In this document: positions 26,657 to 38,810 of the stretch, piece after piece
Numbering within the stretch: position 1 is the stretch's first letter
Layout: each line of letters starts with the position of its first letter
Assembly (NCBI RefSeq): GCF_036321535.1
Contig: NC_087436.1
Location: 53,880,001 to 53,944,000 of the forward strand
Direction of reading: 5' to 3'
DNA length: 64,000 nt
Source: Camelus dromedarius
Taxonomy: Eukaryota
The notes under the pieces: model-generated
The model's input: only the letters and a program-made list of their open reading frames with translations
Told to the model about the DNA's origin: nothing
Database searches by the model: none
Made by a program: the position numbers and the translations under genes

Positions 26657-26779
26657 AAATTTCTTCAACTCTTGAGGCCATCTCGTTTTAATGTCTGCCT
26701 TCCTCCCCAGTCCTGACCCTGTGGGTCCCAGTGTAGGTGGTTTTGCAGCCAGCATGCACAGAGCCTTTTGTTTATTAAC

Positions 26780-27000
26780 GGCTTAAAACTCTTTTGACAG
26801 TAGTCTGTAGTAAGATATGTTTTACGTCATGACCCAGTATATACATATATCAATGGGTATGTAGGCATAACAAAAAAGGTTTCGCAAAGCAATATTTACT
26901 CTTATCCACTGTGTTCTGATATTTTATTTTCTATTTGGTCAAAGGAAATACTGCTTGTTCCCATTCATTCAGTTGGTTTCATAGCCCACTTACAGTTTGC
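26780..27000 (+). mobile_element. hAT-Charlie MITE (Charlie4-like)
   Basis: agtaagatatgttttacgtcatgacccagta…aggtttcgcaaagcaatatttac…tctgatatttt…gcccact…cagtttg. Confidence 0.65.
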
Positions 27001-27159
27001 TCCCTGCAGTTGGAAAGCCACCTCTCCAAGGGCTACTCCATGACGTGTTGACATTTGTCGCTGTGGTGAGGGTGGCTCAGGGCACCGCAGAGCGGCTGAG
27101 CCTTTGTGTGGCGTGGCAGAACCGAGCTGTGTGTTGTCTGTGGCACATGGGATCTTCTG

Positions 27160-27580
27160 GAGGCAGTAGAGCATAGTGGTGAAGAGCGAATGTTCTAGTT
27201 AGAGTTAGAATATTCTAGTTTGGTTCATTCTTTTTAAAAAATTTTTATTTTAATTTTTTGTTGAGGGGGGAGGTAATTGGGTTTATTTATTTATTTTTAG
27301 AGGAGATACTGAGGATTGAACCTAGGACCTCGTGCATGCTAAGCATGTGCTCCACCACTTGAGCTATACCCTCCCACCTAGTTCGGTTCATTCTTGCTCT
27401 GGGACACCACCATTTGTCTCTGGTTCTGGGCAAGTTTCTTAAATCTCTCTGAGTTGGTTTCCCCATATTTAAAATAGAAATAACGAGACTACTTCTTTAA
27501 AACATTGTGAAGGTTGAGTTATATAAAGCATTTGGCATAAGCACCTAGTGATGTTCAATAACTGTTTGCTATTAATGTTG
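27160..27580 (+). mobile_element. MIR SINE interrupted by a Vic-1 insertion
   Basis: ggcagtagagcatagtggtgaagagc … gggcaagtttcttaaatctctctgag…ttgtgaaggttgag…ttcaataactgtttgctatt. Confidence 0.75.
27233..27377 (-). mobile_element. Vic-1-like SINE with 18-bp TSD
   Basis: tRNA-Ala-like head, AAATAAATAAACCCAATTACCTCCCCC body and A-rich tail; TSD ctagtt(t/c)ggttcattctt at 27215-27232 and 27378-27395. Confidence 0.92.
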
Positions 27581-27769
27581 TCAATATTGTATCATAATAA
27601 TCACATGTGTCCCCAGCTGGATTGCATTTTCCTTCTGCCTTTTGGAATAATCTGGGCTGAGCCCACTAAGGCTATGAGGCTTACGTGTAGGGATAAATCC
27701 TGTGTTCCACAGCATGGATTGTAAGCAGTATAGTTAAATGGAAGCAATATATTACAGCCATTTACACCT

Positions 27770-28300
27770 TGAATTGGTCAGGACTAATTTCAATGACATG
27801 AAACCGAAACCTTAATCAAACTGGTTTAAGCAAAAACAGGAAATTATTGATTCATATAATGGAAAAGTCTAGGGGCATTGCTTTTGGCACTGGCTGTATC
27901 CAGCTGCTCTGACGATATCAGAAATGTCTCTCCCTTTCTTGCCCTTCCTTTCCCTGTTGGCTTCATTTTCAGGCAAGCTTGCCCCAAGCAGAAACAGCCA
28001 CCAGCTTCTGTAGTTTTGTATGAGATACCATCTCACACCCTATAGGATGTGAGCAGAAAGAGGAAGCCTCTTTTTTTTTTTTTTTTTTTTTAGTAGTTTC
28101 AACTTAGTTCTACATCTGATGGGCATTGACTCAGATAAACTCAGTCACCCCTCCTGACCTCTGTGGTCTTAGTCACTGAGTCAAAGGAGGCAGTATTACC
28201 TACCCTGGGTCTATACCTCCCCGTCCCACTCAAACCACACGGGAAGGACTGGGCAGGGCTGCTGCGTGGGGCAATCACCACAGATGTCCACCGTGCACCT
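27770..28300 (-). mobile_element. LTR33-like ERVL solo LTR
   Basis: tcaaactggtttaagcaaaaacaggaaattattgattcatataatggaaaagtctagggg…ggctgtatccag…gttggcttcattttcaggcaag. Confidence 0.75.
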
Positions 28301-29047
28301 CCACCGTTCCGTCTTGGAACATAGGACTTTGTGCATGAGACTGCCTTGGAAGAATACAACTGAGATCCGTGTTATCACTTAGGTACTTCTCATTCCAGAC
28401 TACATTTCAGTTCCACTGTATGGCACAGCTGTGTTTGAAGACGTGCCATCTCTTCAGAAATTTTCTGATCACCGCTAAAAAAGTTCTTTTTCCTCCATCC
28501 CATTTTTTTGTTGCCACTTAGAAGTTATAATTTCCTTGTGTCTTATTTTGTGCCTCCATCTCTGATCTGCTTTCTCAAGCTTTTAACACTTGTTGCTTTC
28601 ATTACCAACAAAAAAAATGCAGAGATGTGACACCCCACCTCCTCCGTGGTCACTGCCATTCATTTTGTGGTCTGGCCAGTCTGAGGGTCAGACTGTGTTG
28701 TGCAGTGCCCTTTTCATCCTTTGGCCGTGAATGAGGATCTCCTATTTGCTGGACTCCATCAGGTTGGATCTCTGAGTTGTTGGACAGCCCCTGACTTTCC
28801 CTGTACATGCATGCATGCACACACAACACACACACAGCCATGCACACAGACACAGATGGGGCTGGTGACAATGGGCACTGTAGCTTCAGTGGAGGCTCCA
28901 GATGGTGATTTGTGTCAGCCAGGTTGTTTAACAGTATTGTGGGTCTGGAGCCAGCGAAGTTGAACACACACCCCAGAGCCTTTCATCTGCCATGTGCAAG
29001 ATGCATTTAGCCCTCTAATTAAATTAGAAATAAGGAAAGCACCATTC

Positions 29048-29905
29048 TATTCTTTATTGTGTTAAAATACACATAAAATTTACCATCTTAACCATTTTGT
29101 AAGTGTACAGTTTGGTGGTATGGAATATACTTACAATTAGGTAATCATCACCACCATCTATCCCCTTCACTCTTTGCATCTTGTGGAATTGAAACTCTGT
29201 ACCTATTAAACAATAATTCTACATTTTCCCCTCCCCTGGCCCTTGGAAACCACCATTGTACTTTCTGTCTTTGTGATTTTGACAGTTCTAGGTACCTCAT
29301 ATAAATCAAATCATGCAGTATTTGTCTTTTTGTGACTGGCTTGCTTCACTTAGCCTAATGTTCTTAAGGTTCATCCATATTGTAGTATATTGCAGAATTG
29401 CCATCCTTTTTAAGGCTGCATAGTACTCCATCATATGTATATACATTTTGCATATCTGTTCATCCACTGATAGACACTCGGTTGCTTCTATGTTTTAGCT
29501 CTTGTGAATAATGTTGCAATGAATATGAGTGTAGAAATATCTCTTTGAGACCCTGCGTTCAGTCTTTTTGGGTATATACCCAGAAATGGAATTGCTGGGT
29601 CATATGGTACTTCTAGTTTTTAATTTTTGTAGGAACCTTCATCCTATTTTCCACAGCAGGTGTACCATTTTACATTCCCACCAATAGTGTACAAGGGTTC
29701 CAGTTTCCCTACATCCTTGCCAACATTGTTTTGTTTTTGGGGGGGGGGTTTGGCTGGTAGCCATCCTATAGGGTGTGAGATGGTATCTCATTGCAGTTTG
29801 ATTTACATTTCCCTAATGATTAGTGATGCTGAGCATCTTTCCATGTGCTTAGTGGCTATTTGTATGTCTTTGGAGAAATGTGTATTCAAGTCCTTTGCCA
29901 ATTAC
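29048..29905 (-). mobile_element. L1MA/L1MB-type LINE 3' region with ORF2 C-terminal remnant
   Basis: aaaatttaccatcttaaccatttt…gggtatatacccagaaatggaattgctgggtcatatggta…tttccctaatgattagtgatgctgagcatctttccatgtg. Confidence 0.92.
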
Positions 29906-30944
29906 TTGCTCTCCTTTATCTTTAAAACCCAATATTGTGCTTTAATATTCTATAACTATATAGGAGACACAGACCAAATGCTATGAATGTATACACAAAG
30001 GTACAAATTCAGTTATTCCGAAAGTATGTATTATTTTAGGGACAAAATTAGGAAACTCCCTAAAGACATTTAAAAACTTTTTAAGTCTCAAAAGTTTTTA
30101 TGTGTAAATTTATATATATGTGTGTTTATAAAATGTAAGTATATTAAACACCAGGCAAGGAACAGATGTGATTTGCATATATTATCTAGTGGGAGCTTTG
30201 TAACTCCATTGAGCATGTCCAGTTGTGTGAAAACACGAGCATATGCAGAGTTGCAGCCCTGTTGTGAAACTGAGTAGGACTGGCGACTGGATAACCTGAA
30301 GGCTCAATTAAGATAATGAGGATACATGATAAATGACCCATACTTTAGACGTTTTATTTTAAATGAAAACATAATTTCTGAGCAACATGTTGATTAGCAT
30401 TTTGATGTTTCCCAGCAAGTGATGTGCACATGGAGACCCCGATACTTTTCTCCCAGTGGTTTGTCACTTGCTGTAAAATTTTGAGGACCAAAAATGTTCT
30501 GATGTCGGCCCAAGACCTTCAGGAAGGATCCTCTAACAGAAGTATTTTTCTTCTATAAACTCAGCCATAATTTATCACCATTTGTATTTCTTTAAGGCAG
30601 ATCTAGAATTTAGCAATACTTGCAAAATAATCTACGTTCAGGATCCTTCCAGAATTTTCCTAGTCTTTTATACTTGTCTCTCCCACACCTGATTCACCAG
30701 CAGACTTTTTTCATGGTTTGCTTTCACTGAGCTTTTACAAGGCATTTAACTTAGTTTTTAGAGAAATGTCTCCTTTTTGACATTCATAGTTAATTGCTTT
30801 TACATGGTGCTTAGCGAGTATAAATGCAAAGCAAATATGATTGGCCTAGAAAGGAACCGCAGCTCACCTGGCATGAGTGCGCAGCTCCCTTGGTGGCAGC
30901 AGATGCGAGCAGGTGTGCTGGCACTAGGAGCACCATTGACGGAC

Positions 30945-31095
30945 ACGTATGTGGGAGTTGCTGTGTGTTCTAAGCTCTTTACATACATTGACTCACTTAA
31001 TCGTCACAGGACCCCTATCAGGTACGGCACACTTATTTCTTTCTCACAGATGAGGAAAATGATGCACAGAGAGGTTGGGAGACTTGCCTAAGAGT
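30945..31095 (-). mobile_element. MIR SINE
   Basis: ctcacttaatcgtcacaggaccctatcaggta…cagatgaggaaaatgatgcacagagaggtt. Confidence 0.75.
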
Positions 31096-32024
31096 AGCCT
31101 GCTAGCTGTCAGCCTCCAGCCTGCCTTAGTCATTTTGTTTTGCGAAGGGAATGAGAATATTTTACATGGAGGTAAATTAAGAGCGAGGAGAGTGAGAGCA
31201 AAACTGTGGCAATATCTATCCCTTAAACAAAAACCCCGTCATAACACGTAAAGCCTTCTGAAACTTTCTCCGTAGCACCCTAAATTAGAATCTAGGCTTT
31301 TAGAGGTAGAAATGACCTTTATAATCATTTATCCCATCCCCCACACATCCTGACAAGATTACCAAGGCCCAGAGGGGTGAGATGATTTGCTTTACAAGGA
31401 CCCAACTCGTTCGTGGCGTGTTCTTTGTGAGATTTAGCTTCCTGCCTTACTTTACGTTTCTTTCCAGGAGAAAGGGATGCATGTCTTCCTGAGAGGATCA
31501 TTCAGGAAGTGAGTCTCAGAGTCTGCCAAGAGAGAAGGAAGGTTGGTGGATATGAATCCACAGCTATCTATCTCAAGCCAGTGTAAGCCTGTACCAGAGA
31601 GTCTTATGGCTAGAAAGGGTCTAGGAATGTGGTTTTCTCCATTCTGTCTAGAAAAGGAAGGAATGCGGCCAGCTGCACACCTCCAAGGCAGGTGGTGCTA
31701 TCACTACTTTATGGGTGAGGAAGCAGAGCTTCAGAGAGGTATAGTGATTATCCAAAGTCACACAGCCAGAAGGAAATGGAAGCTGGTTATGAACCTCTAC
31801 TTGCTGAAGCTGAGGCCCATTGTCATTGTGCCACCTCGTGATGCCACCCAGGGGCAGGGTAATTGTTCATCCCACGTGGTTGTGTGACAAGTTTTCTTGG
31901 CAAGAAGTTCTTTGAAAAGCTAATCCTAAATATCTCTTGGATTTAAATCTATATCCTCTGCAGCCCTCAGTCAACAATGAAAGTAATAATAGATCATAGT
32001 ATCTTGGGTAATAATCTATATGTA

Positions 32025-32882
32025 TATATTTAATTGGGGTGTAATTGACAAATAACAATTGTATATACTTAAGGTATATAAAGTGATGATTTGATATATG
32101 TATACAGTGTGAAATATTTTTAAAAGTTTTTTTCTGTTATCAAACTTTTAAAAGTTGAAGTAAAATTGATTTACAAACACTGTGTTAGTTCCTAGTGCAT
32201 ATCATAGTGATTTGTTATTTCTGTACATTACAAAATGATCACCACAGTAAGTCTAGTTATCATCTGTCACCGTACAGTTATTACAGTATTATTGACTTAT
32301 TCCCCATGCTGTACATTTCATCCCTGTGATTTAGTCTATAACTGGAAATTTGTACTTCTTAATCTCCCTTACCTATTTTGCTCATCTCCCATACCCTTCC
32401 CCTCTGGCAACCACCTGTTTGTTCTCTATATCTATGACTGTTTCTGTTTTGTTACGTTTGTTCATTAGTTTTGTTTTTAGATTCCACATATAAGTGAAAT
32501 TATATAGTGTTTTGTCTTCGTTTCACTTAGCATAATACCCTTAAGATCTATCCATGTTGTCATAATGGCAAGATTTCATTTTTTATGGCCGAGTAATATT
32601 CCATTTTATATATTTATATATGTATGTGTTATGTATACACACACCCACCCCATACATACAGACATCACATCTTCTTTAACTTCATGTATTGATGGGCACT
32701 TAGGTTGCTTCCATATCTTGGCTAATGTAAATAATGCTGCAGTGAATGTAGGGGTGCATATATCATTTTGAATTAGTGTTTTTGTTTCCTTCAGAAAAAT
32801 ACCCAAAAGTGGAACTACTGGATTGTATGGTAGTTCTATTTTTAGTTTTTCGAGGAAATTCAATACTGTTTTCTGTAGTGGT
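32025..32882 (-). mobile_element. L1 3' region (two adjacent 3' ends; ORF2 C-terminal remnant)
   Basis: ORF 32606..32863(-) encodes LKIELPYNPVVPLLGI…ICTPTFTAALFTLAKIWKQPKCPS, matching the L1 ORF2 C-terminus; L1 3'UTR follows. Confidence 0.92.
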
Positions 32883-33280
32883 TTTGATTATATTTTCTGA
32901 GTGAAATTGCATCTTGGATAGATTTTTTTGAGGAGGGAAAACAAGACCGGTTGGGAATGTTTAGGTGTCAGTAGAATCTTAGGATCGAAGCAGTCTATTT
33001 CGAATCACCGTTATCCATGCTCACATCTGCTATGCAGCATCTCCATCAAGCCTGTGCTCTGGATGGTTTTCAGCCCAGGAATCAAAAGACATGAGACAGA
33101 GGGAATTTACCACATTAGACAGCCAACTCCATCTTTGCCTGGGAAGTCATGCTCACACATAGCCTTTTACAGGATGAAGGTTTTTAAGACATTACTTTAG
33201 ACTCTGTTTGCAAAAGTAAATGATGTTTGTCATGGAAACTTTAATAACAGAAGAAAGCTCAAGGAAGACTATGAAAACCT

Positions 33281-33799
33281 ATGTATATTAGTTACTTATT
33301 GCTGTAGAACAAATTACCCCCAAACTTACCCACTTGAAGTGGGTACTTTTATTATTTCATGTGATTGGAGAGTCAGGAATCTGAGAATGGCGTAGCTGGC
33401 TTGATGGCTTAGTTCTCTCGTGAAGTTGCAGTCAAGCTGTGAGTTGAGGCTGTAGTCGTCTGGAGACTTGACTGGTGCTGGAGGGTCTGCCTTCAGATTC
33501 ACTCATGTGTGGGTTGGCAGGAGGCTTCAGTTCTGGCCTCTCTATAGGGCTGCTCACAGCATGGCTTCCCTTAGCACCGTGTTGATCTGAGAGAGAGAAC
33601 TCGTAGCAGCGAGTGACCAAGATACAAGCCAGGATCTTTTATAAGCTCATCTTAGGCATGACAGCCCATCACTTCCATTGAATTCTGTTGGTTTTGTAAG
33701 CAACCCAGGTATTGTGTTGTAGGAGGGACTGGACTACATGAGGCTGTGAATACCAGGAGGAGGGGACCATTAGAGGCCGTTGTGAGGCTGCCTACCACG
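33281..33799 (-). mobile_element. MLT1E/F-like (ERVL-MaLR) solo LTR, near full length
   Basis: tgtatattagttacttattgctg…aacaaattaccccca…gttgcagtcaag…gtgaataccaggagg…ggctgcctaccac. Confidence 0.88.
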
Positions 33800-34347
33800 G
33801 TTTGTCAATTACAATTTTGTTTGCATAAATTACATAAGTTTTTACTCACTGTTCTTTGTTCCCCCCAAGAGTATTACAAAATACAAAAGGTCGTCAGGAA
33901 AAAGAAATCGGAAGGGAACATGATGTTGAGAGATGAATGACCTGTAAACTTTTTATTGCTCTCCCATCCTAGACGTTGCCAATTTTACCCCATCTGCCAT
34001 ATTGAGACCCGTGTGGTTTGGGGAGGAGTGGACTGATGGCAGTCATGTGAATAGAAGGATCTGGATGTGCCTTGATCCCAAGGCTGTTTGTGTTTTGGGG
34101 AACCTCAGATCCCACTGCCTCTGAGATAGGATAAGGAGTTTAGGATTCTGTCCAGGCAGAGAAGTCTGGGAGAGGCTTTTGGCTCCTGGACCTCTTCCCT
34201 CTGCTGTTTTGGATGCAGTATAAAAAAACAGAGATGTGTAAGAGATACTCTAATTTTTACAAATACTACAAACAGTTATTTGGGAAAAAAGGTGTAAGTA
34301 CTTCAAACATAAATGTATTGAAAGTGACTTAAAAGTGTTTTGTGGGG

Positions 34348-34441
34348 ATACATGCACCCCAGTGTTCACAGCAGCACTATTTACAATAGCCAAGACATGG
34401 AAGCAACCTAAATGCCCATCAATAGATGACTGGATAAAGAA

Positions 34442-34534
<93 letters not shown>

Positions 34535-35006
34535 AATATTACTCAGCCATAAAAAAGAGTGAAATAATGCCATTTGCAGCAACTTGGTTGGATGTAGAGA
34601 TTATCATAGTAAGTGTAGTAAATCAGACAGAGAAAGAATAATATCATCTGATATTACTTACGTGGAATCTAAAAAATGATATGAAGGAACTTATTTACAA
34701 AACAAATAGACTCACAGACATAGAAAACAAATTTTTGATTACCAAAGGGGAAGGGTAGAAGGAGGGATAAATTAGGAGTTTGGGATTAACAGATACAGAC
34801 TACTGTATATGAAATAGATAAACAACAAGGACCTACTGTACAGCACATGGAACTATATTTAGTATCTTGTAATAACCTATAATGGAAAAAAATCTGAAGG
34901 AGAATATTTATATGTGGGTGTATTACTAAATCACTTTGCTGTACACCTGAAACTAATACAAATCATGCAAATCAATTATACTTCTGTATAAAAATTTTTT
35001 TAATTA
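34348..35006 (+). mobile_element. Cetartiodactyl-type L1 3' end with TSD
   Basis: DTCTPVFTAALFTIAKTWKQPKCPSIDDWIKK (ORF2 end) plus 3'UTR; TSD aaaa(g/a)tgttttgtgggg at 34331-34347 and 35007-35023. Confidence 0.93.
34445..34532. repeat. Compound microsatellite (CT)20(CA)24
   Basis: Counted directly; both runs are uninterrupted. Confidence 0.97.
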
Positions 35007-36419
35007 AAAAATGTTTTGTGGGGGAATTTTGTTTATGCAAAAATTATACTGAAGTCTAACAGGAAATCATAACATCTGGATAAACAATAATATTGTATAG
35101 CCCTCCACCAACTATTAAGTCATACAGATAATATAGGAAACTCATGGGTACTTAGTAGGTAATACATTGATAGATATGTGACATTTTAAATCACATATGC
35201 AGAACTTTAAAAAAGCACACACCTGTATAGTATTTTGGTGAATAATGGTAATGCAAAAGCAAACTGTAATATCAAATAAATTCGAATGAATTCTTTTATA
35301 GTCAAAGGAAATTTATCAGTAAAAATTGGCACAAAACAAACAGCATAATGGAATAAATTTGAATAATTCCTGTATAGGCAGTCACAGGACGTTTTGATAA
35401 ATATTTCAACATAAACTGATACAAAGTGTAAAAATATTAATTTAGAAGGAATTCCTATGTCATGCATTCCAAAGATGCTAATGTTTCACTGAACAGTAGT
35501 GTGTGTGTACAAAGCCAGCAGCGGGGGAGACTGACTAGTTTATGGCTGTGTGTCTGCTGCTTGGAGCTGCAGGTTGCAGTAATCATACAGATGTGGATCT
35601 TAGATGTGAGGGGAAAGCCCAGACCAGTGGTCCTTGGCCCCCTCCCTGCCCATCTGGGGACCCTCTAGCAGACAAAGGAGCTAACATAGCAAACTGGTGT
35701 GACCTCCCCATCCTGTCTCCCTCAGCCAGAGGCAACCCCTGGGTTTCTCTATCCCAGGCCAGACCTGTTGGTGGCCAAGAATGCGATAGTAGGCAGGATG
35801 GCCATGAAGTAGCAACTCTTGCTCTTTGGCTGGACCCTGAGAGGGGAAGTGTGCAGAGTCATTGTTTTGAAAATGGAGCAATTTCATAGTGAACAGTTGC
35901 CTCTGGAGCCTTTGGCACATCGTCCCTTTCAGGCCTTGAGCTCTGTGGCCTTGGAACAGTCTGTGTTCTCGGTTGGATCTGAATGTGGTTGGCCTACGAG
36001 TGTGAGAGGCCCAAGCCTTCTGGAGAGTGTGCTTTCCCCTATTGCTGCTCATGCTCTAGAAAAAATCCATGCTGGGCATCACGCTGAGCCCCTTACAGGT
36101 GGCCACGCAGCCCCCAGGCCCCTTTTGTCCTGCAGTCAGCTGGAATCCAGCTAGCCTGGCCCAGAGCACGGGAGGTCAACCCCCGACATCTCTTCCTGGG
36201 GAGCAGTGCTGCACTTAAATCACAGTGCCACGGAGGAAATGGAACTAGAGCCAGGTGACAGAACACAGAGGGATCTGGCTGCGGATGGGGTTCTTACCCA
36301 CTTCTGGCAGGGAGAGACAGCATTGGAGAGACAGACCTGAGTGTTGGTTCGGGCATTAGCACATTGGGAGGGTGGCGAGGGCTTGGTGGGGAGCACAGGA
36401 TCTCGCAGTGAAAGATCTA

Positions 36420-36570
36420 AAATCAGTTACATAACCTCCTTCACACCTTAGCCTCCTCATCTGTTAAATGGGGCACCTGCCTAATGGGGTTGTGGCAGGA
36501 TTAAATTAGATAATGTATTAAAAGCACTAAGATCGTCGCTGGCGCATCATAAGGGGTCAGTAATTCTAGT
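36420..36570 (+). mobile_element. MIR SINE fragment
   Basis: cctcatctgttaaatgggg…gggttgtggcaggattaaattagataatgtattaaaagcact. Confidence 0.75.
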
Positions 36571-38649
36571 AAAGAATATAACAGCTGTGTAATCCCATGT
36601 GACTCTAATAACCCCTCTAGTTTAATCTGCAAATGGAAAGACAGAATCTTTGTTGCTTCTAAGTATCTCTTCCTCAGATTAACCCCCATTTCCTTCTTCC
36701 TAAGTTCATCCCCGCCCGTCGCCTTGCTCCCACTCATGTACCCTGAGCACGGCTGGAGAGAGTGCAGCTGGGAAAGTGGAAATGGCTTTAAATTCTGTCT
36801 ATTTGAAGGGTACAATTATACCTCAGTAAAGCTGGAAAAATGCAGATTTTGGTAATACTGCAGTGCTACCTCTAAAGTGAAGCAGAGAGCTCTGTAGTTA
36901 TCATGACATCTTATTATAGTTGGCTGACTTTGGGTTAAGTATGAGGCCTGATCATCCCAATTTGGCCTCTGGGTTTTTGGCTGTTTTATTCAACATACTT
37001 ACATACACAAGTGTTCTCTACATAAACATTTATGAAAGTCAAAATTGCAAAACGGATTAAAGATCGAACCAAGTAGAGGCTACAGCAGTGTTTTAGTGGC
37101 AGCAAAAAACGTCATCCATTAGATTTAGTTACTGTGACTAGTTTGAATTTTTGTTGGTTTGATAGTGTTTGGAGTTGATTTATAAATGTATTGGGGATTT
37201 TATACCAGTTTTCTGTTTCTGTTTCAGGAGTATTTTAGTAAAAGTAAATTAAGTCAACACTAAGAGTCAGTTTTTTTCTTTTGAAGAAGGTCCATATGTC
37301 AGTCAAGAAGCAGAGACTAGATGAGAGTGTGCAGAGCAGAAGCCTGTGCTCCACTGATTTTTCTGATTTGCTGGCTACTCAGTACACATTCTCTGTCCAG
37401 CTCACACACTGGGCAGAGAAACACTTACCATCCTGGTTTCTCCAAGCCGTGGGCAGCCGGGTTGTTTGGGCTTTGTGGACAGCTTCTTCGATTCTTTATT
37501 GCTGTGCTTTTTTCGCAGAAAGGGAGAAGCGCATTTTCTTTCTTTGACCGCTCAGTACTCCTACCGAATTCTATTTAGCAGATATCACCACTTACAAAGT
37601 CTTAACCTTTTCCCCCATTAAATTAGACACACCGTTACTCTACCTACTGTTATTTCTTTTTCACATTTTTATATTAGGAAGTCGACTCTTGGCAAGTTCT
37701 CAGCACCAGCCCTCCCGGTGGTAATATCCGGGCTTTTCTCCAGCCTGCCTTTCCCTGGGAGATCTGTCCTCTCCACAGATCACACCATTCGTCATCACAG
37801 TTGTCCCCGAGGTAGGTGGGATCAGACAGCGCATCTGAGTGTGAGAACAGAGGGCCCGAGTGAGTGAGTCTGAGGGAAGCAGTGGGTTGCTGCTTTTATA
37901 TTAGTTAGCGTTTTTCTGCTTTAGGCAGACTTATGCATTTGCACCTATTTTTGTATTTTCTTCAAAGAATTTTTCAAGTGATAACAGTCATTAACTTCGT
38001 TGCTGTGGAATGAAATAAAAGGGCTACTAATGGAGTGTTGAGAAGTAAGAACCTGCACTCAGATCTCTTTAGGGTCATTAAGAAAGAGCAGTTTTAACTG
38101 TGGATTTTGGTGTGATTTTCTCCTGAGATTGTATTTAAATGGGTCTTAAATTCTGAAACTGAGTCATCAAAAAAAACCCTCTCATAATGTAGTTGTCTAA
38201 AGTCTATTCAGTTTAGCTGTTTGAAGGTGCAAGATTAATATGCCTAAAGCCTAGCTCTGATCAGTTCATAATTTTGGTTCGTTTCTTTTTAAACATTAAG
38301 AGCTTTGAAGTGAAAAGACTTGGCTTCATTTTATGGACTGGTTATATAATCTGTCTGATTCTCACTTTCCTCCTCTAAAATGGAGATGATAATACCCACT
38401 TCAAAGGATGGTTGTCACCATCAGGTGAGATCGTGTGTGTGAGATACTAATCACAGTAGGTGTCAATAAAACTTAAAAATAAAAAAAGTGACAGGCTAAA
38501 AACCTATAATGACTTCTCTGTCTTTACAACATAAAATCCAGATTCTTTGATGCCATGTTCTAGACCCTCCATAGTCTGGCTTAGAGTGACCTCATAACCA
38601 AGTTGCTGTTTTCTGGCCAGCCAGCCAGTTTCACGCTTCATTTTCCATA

Positions 38650-38810
38650 AAACTTTCAAACTTTTTGACCAAGACCCTCAATAAGAAATACATTTTACAC
38701 ATGAAACAAAAGCTTCTTGAAGCAGCACGTCATCTCGCCACACGAGATACAGTCTGTCCTGTGTAGAAAATGCTGGTCTGACCCACTAAACTTGCTGGTT
38801 GAAAACCCAT
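38650..38810 (+). mobile_element. hAT-Charlie MITE (Charlie4-like), internally shortened
   Basis: tttcaaactttttgaccaagaccctcaataagaaatacattttacac…gaaacaaaagct…aaatgctggtctgacccactaaa. Confidence 0.7.

Noticed and set aside
32606..34562. ORFs with clear protein similarity (FTAALFT.AK.WKQPKCPS)
   Set aside because: These are dead L1 ORF2 C-terminal fragments, not host genes.
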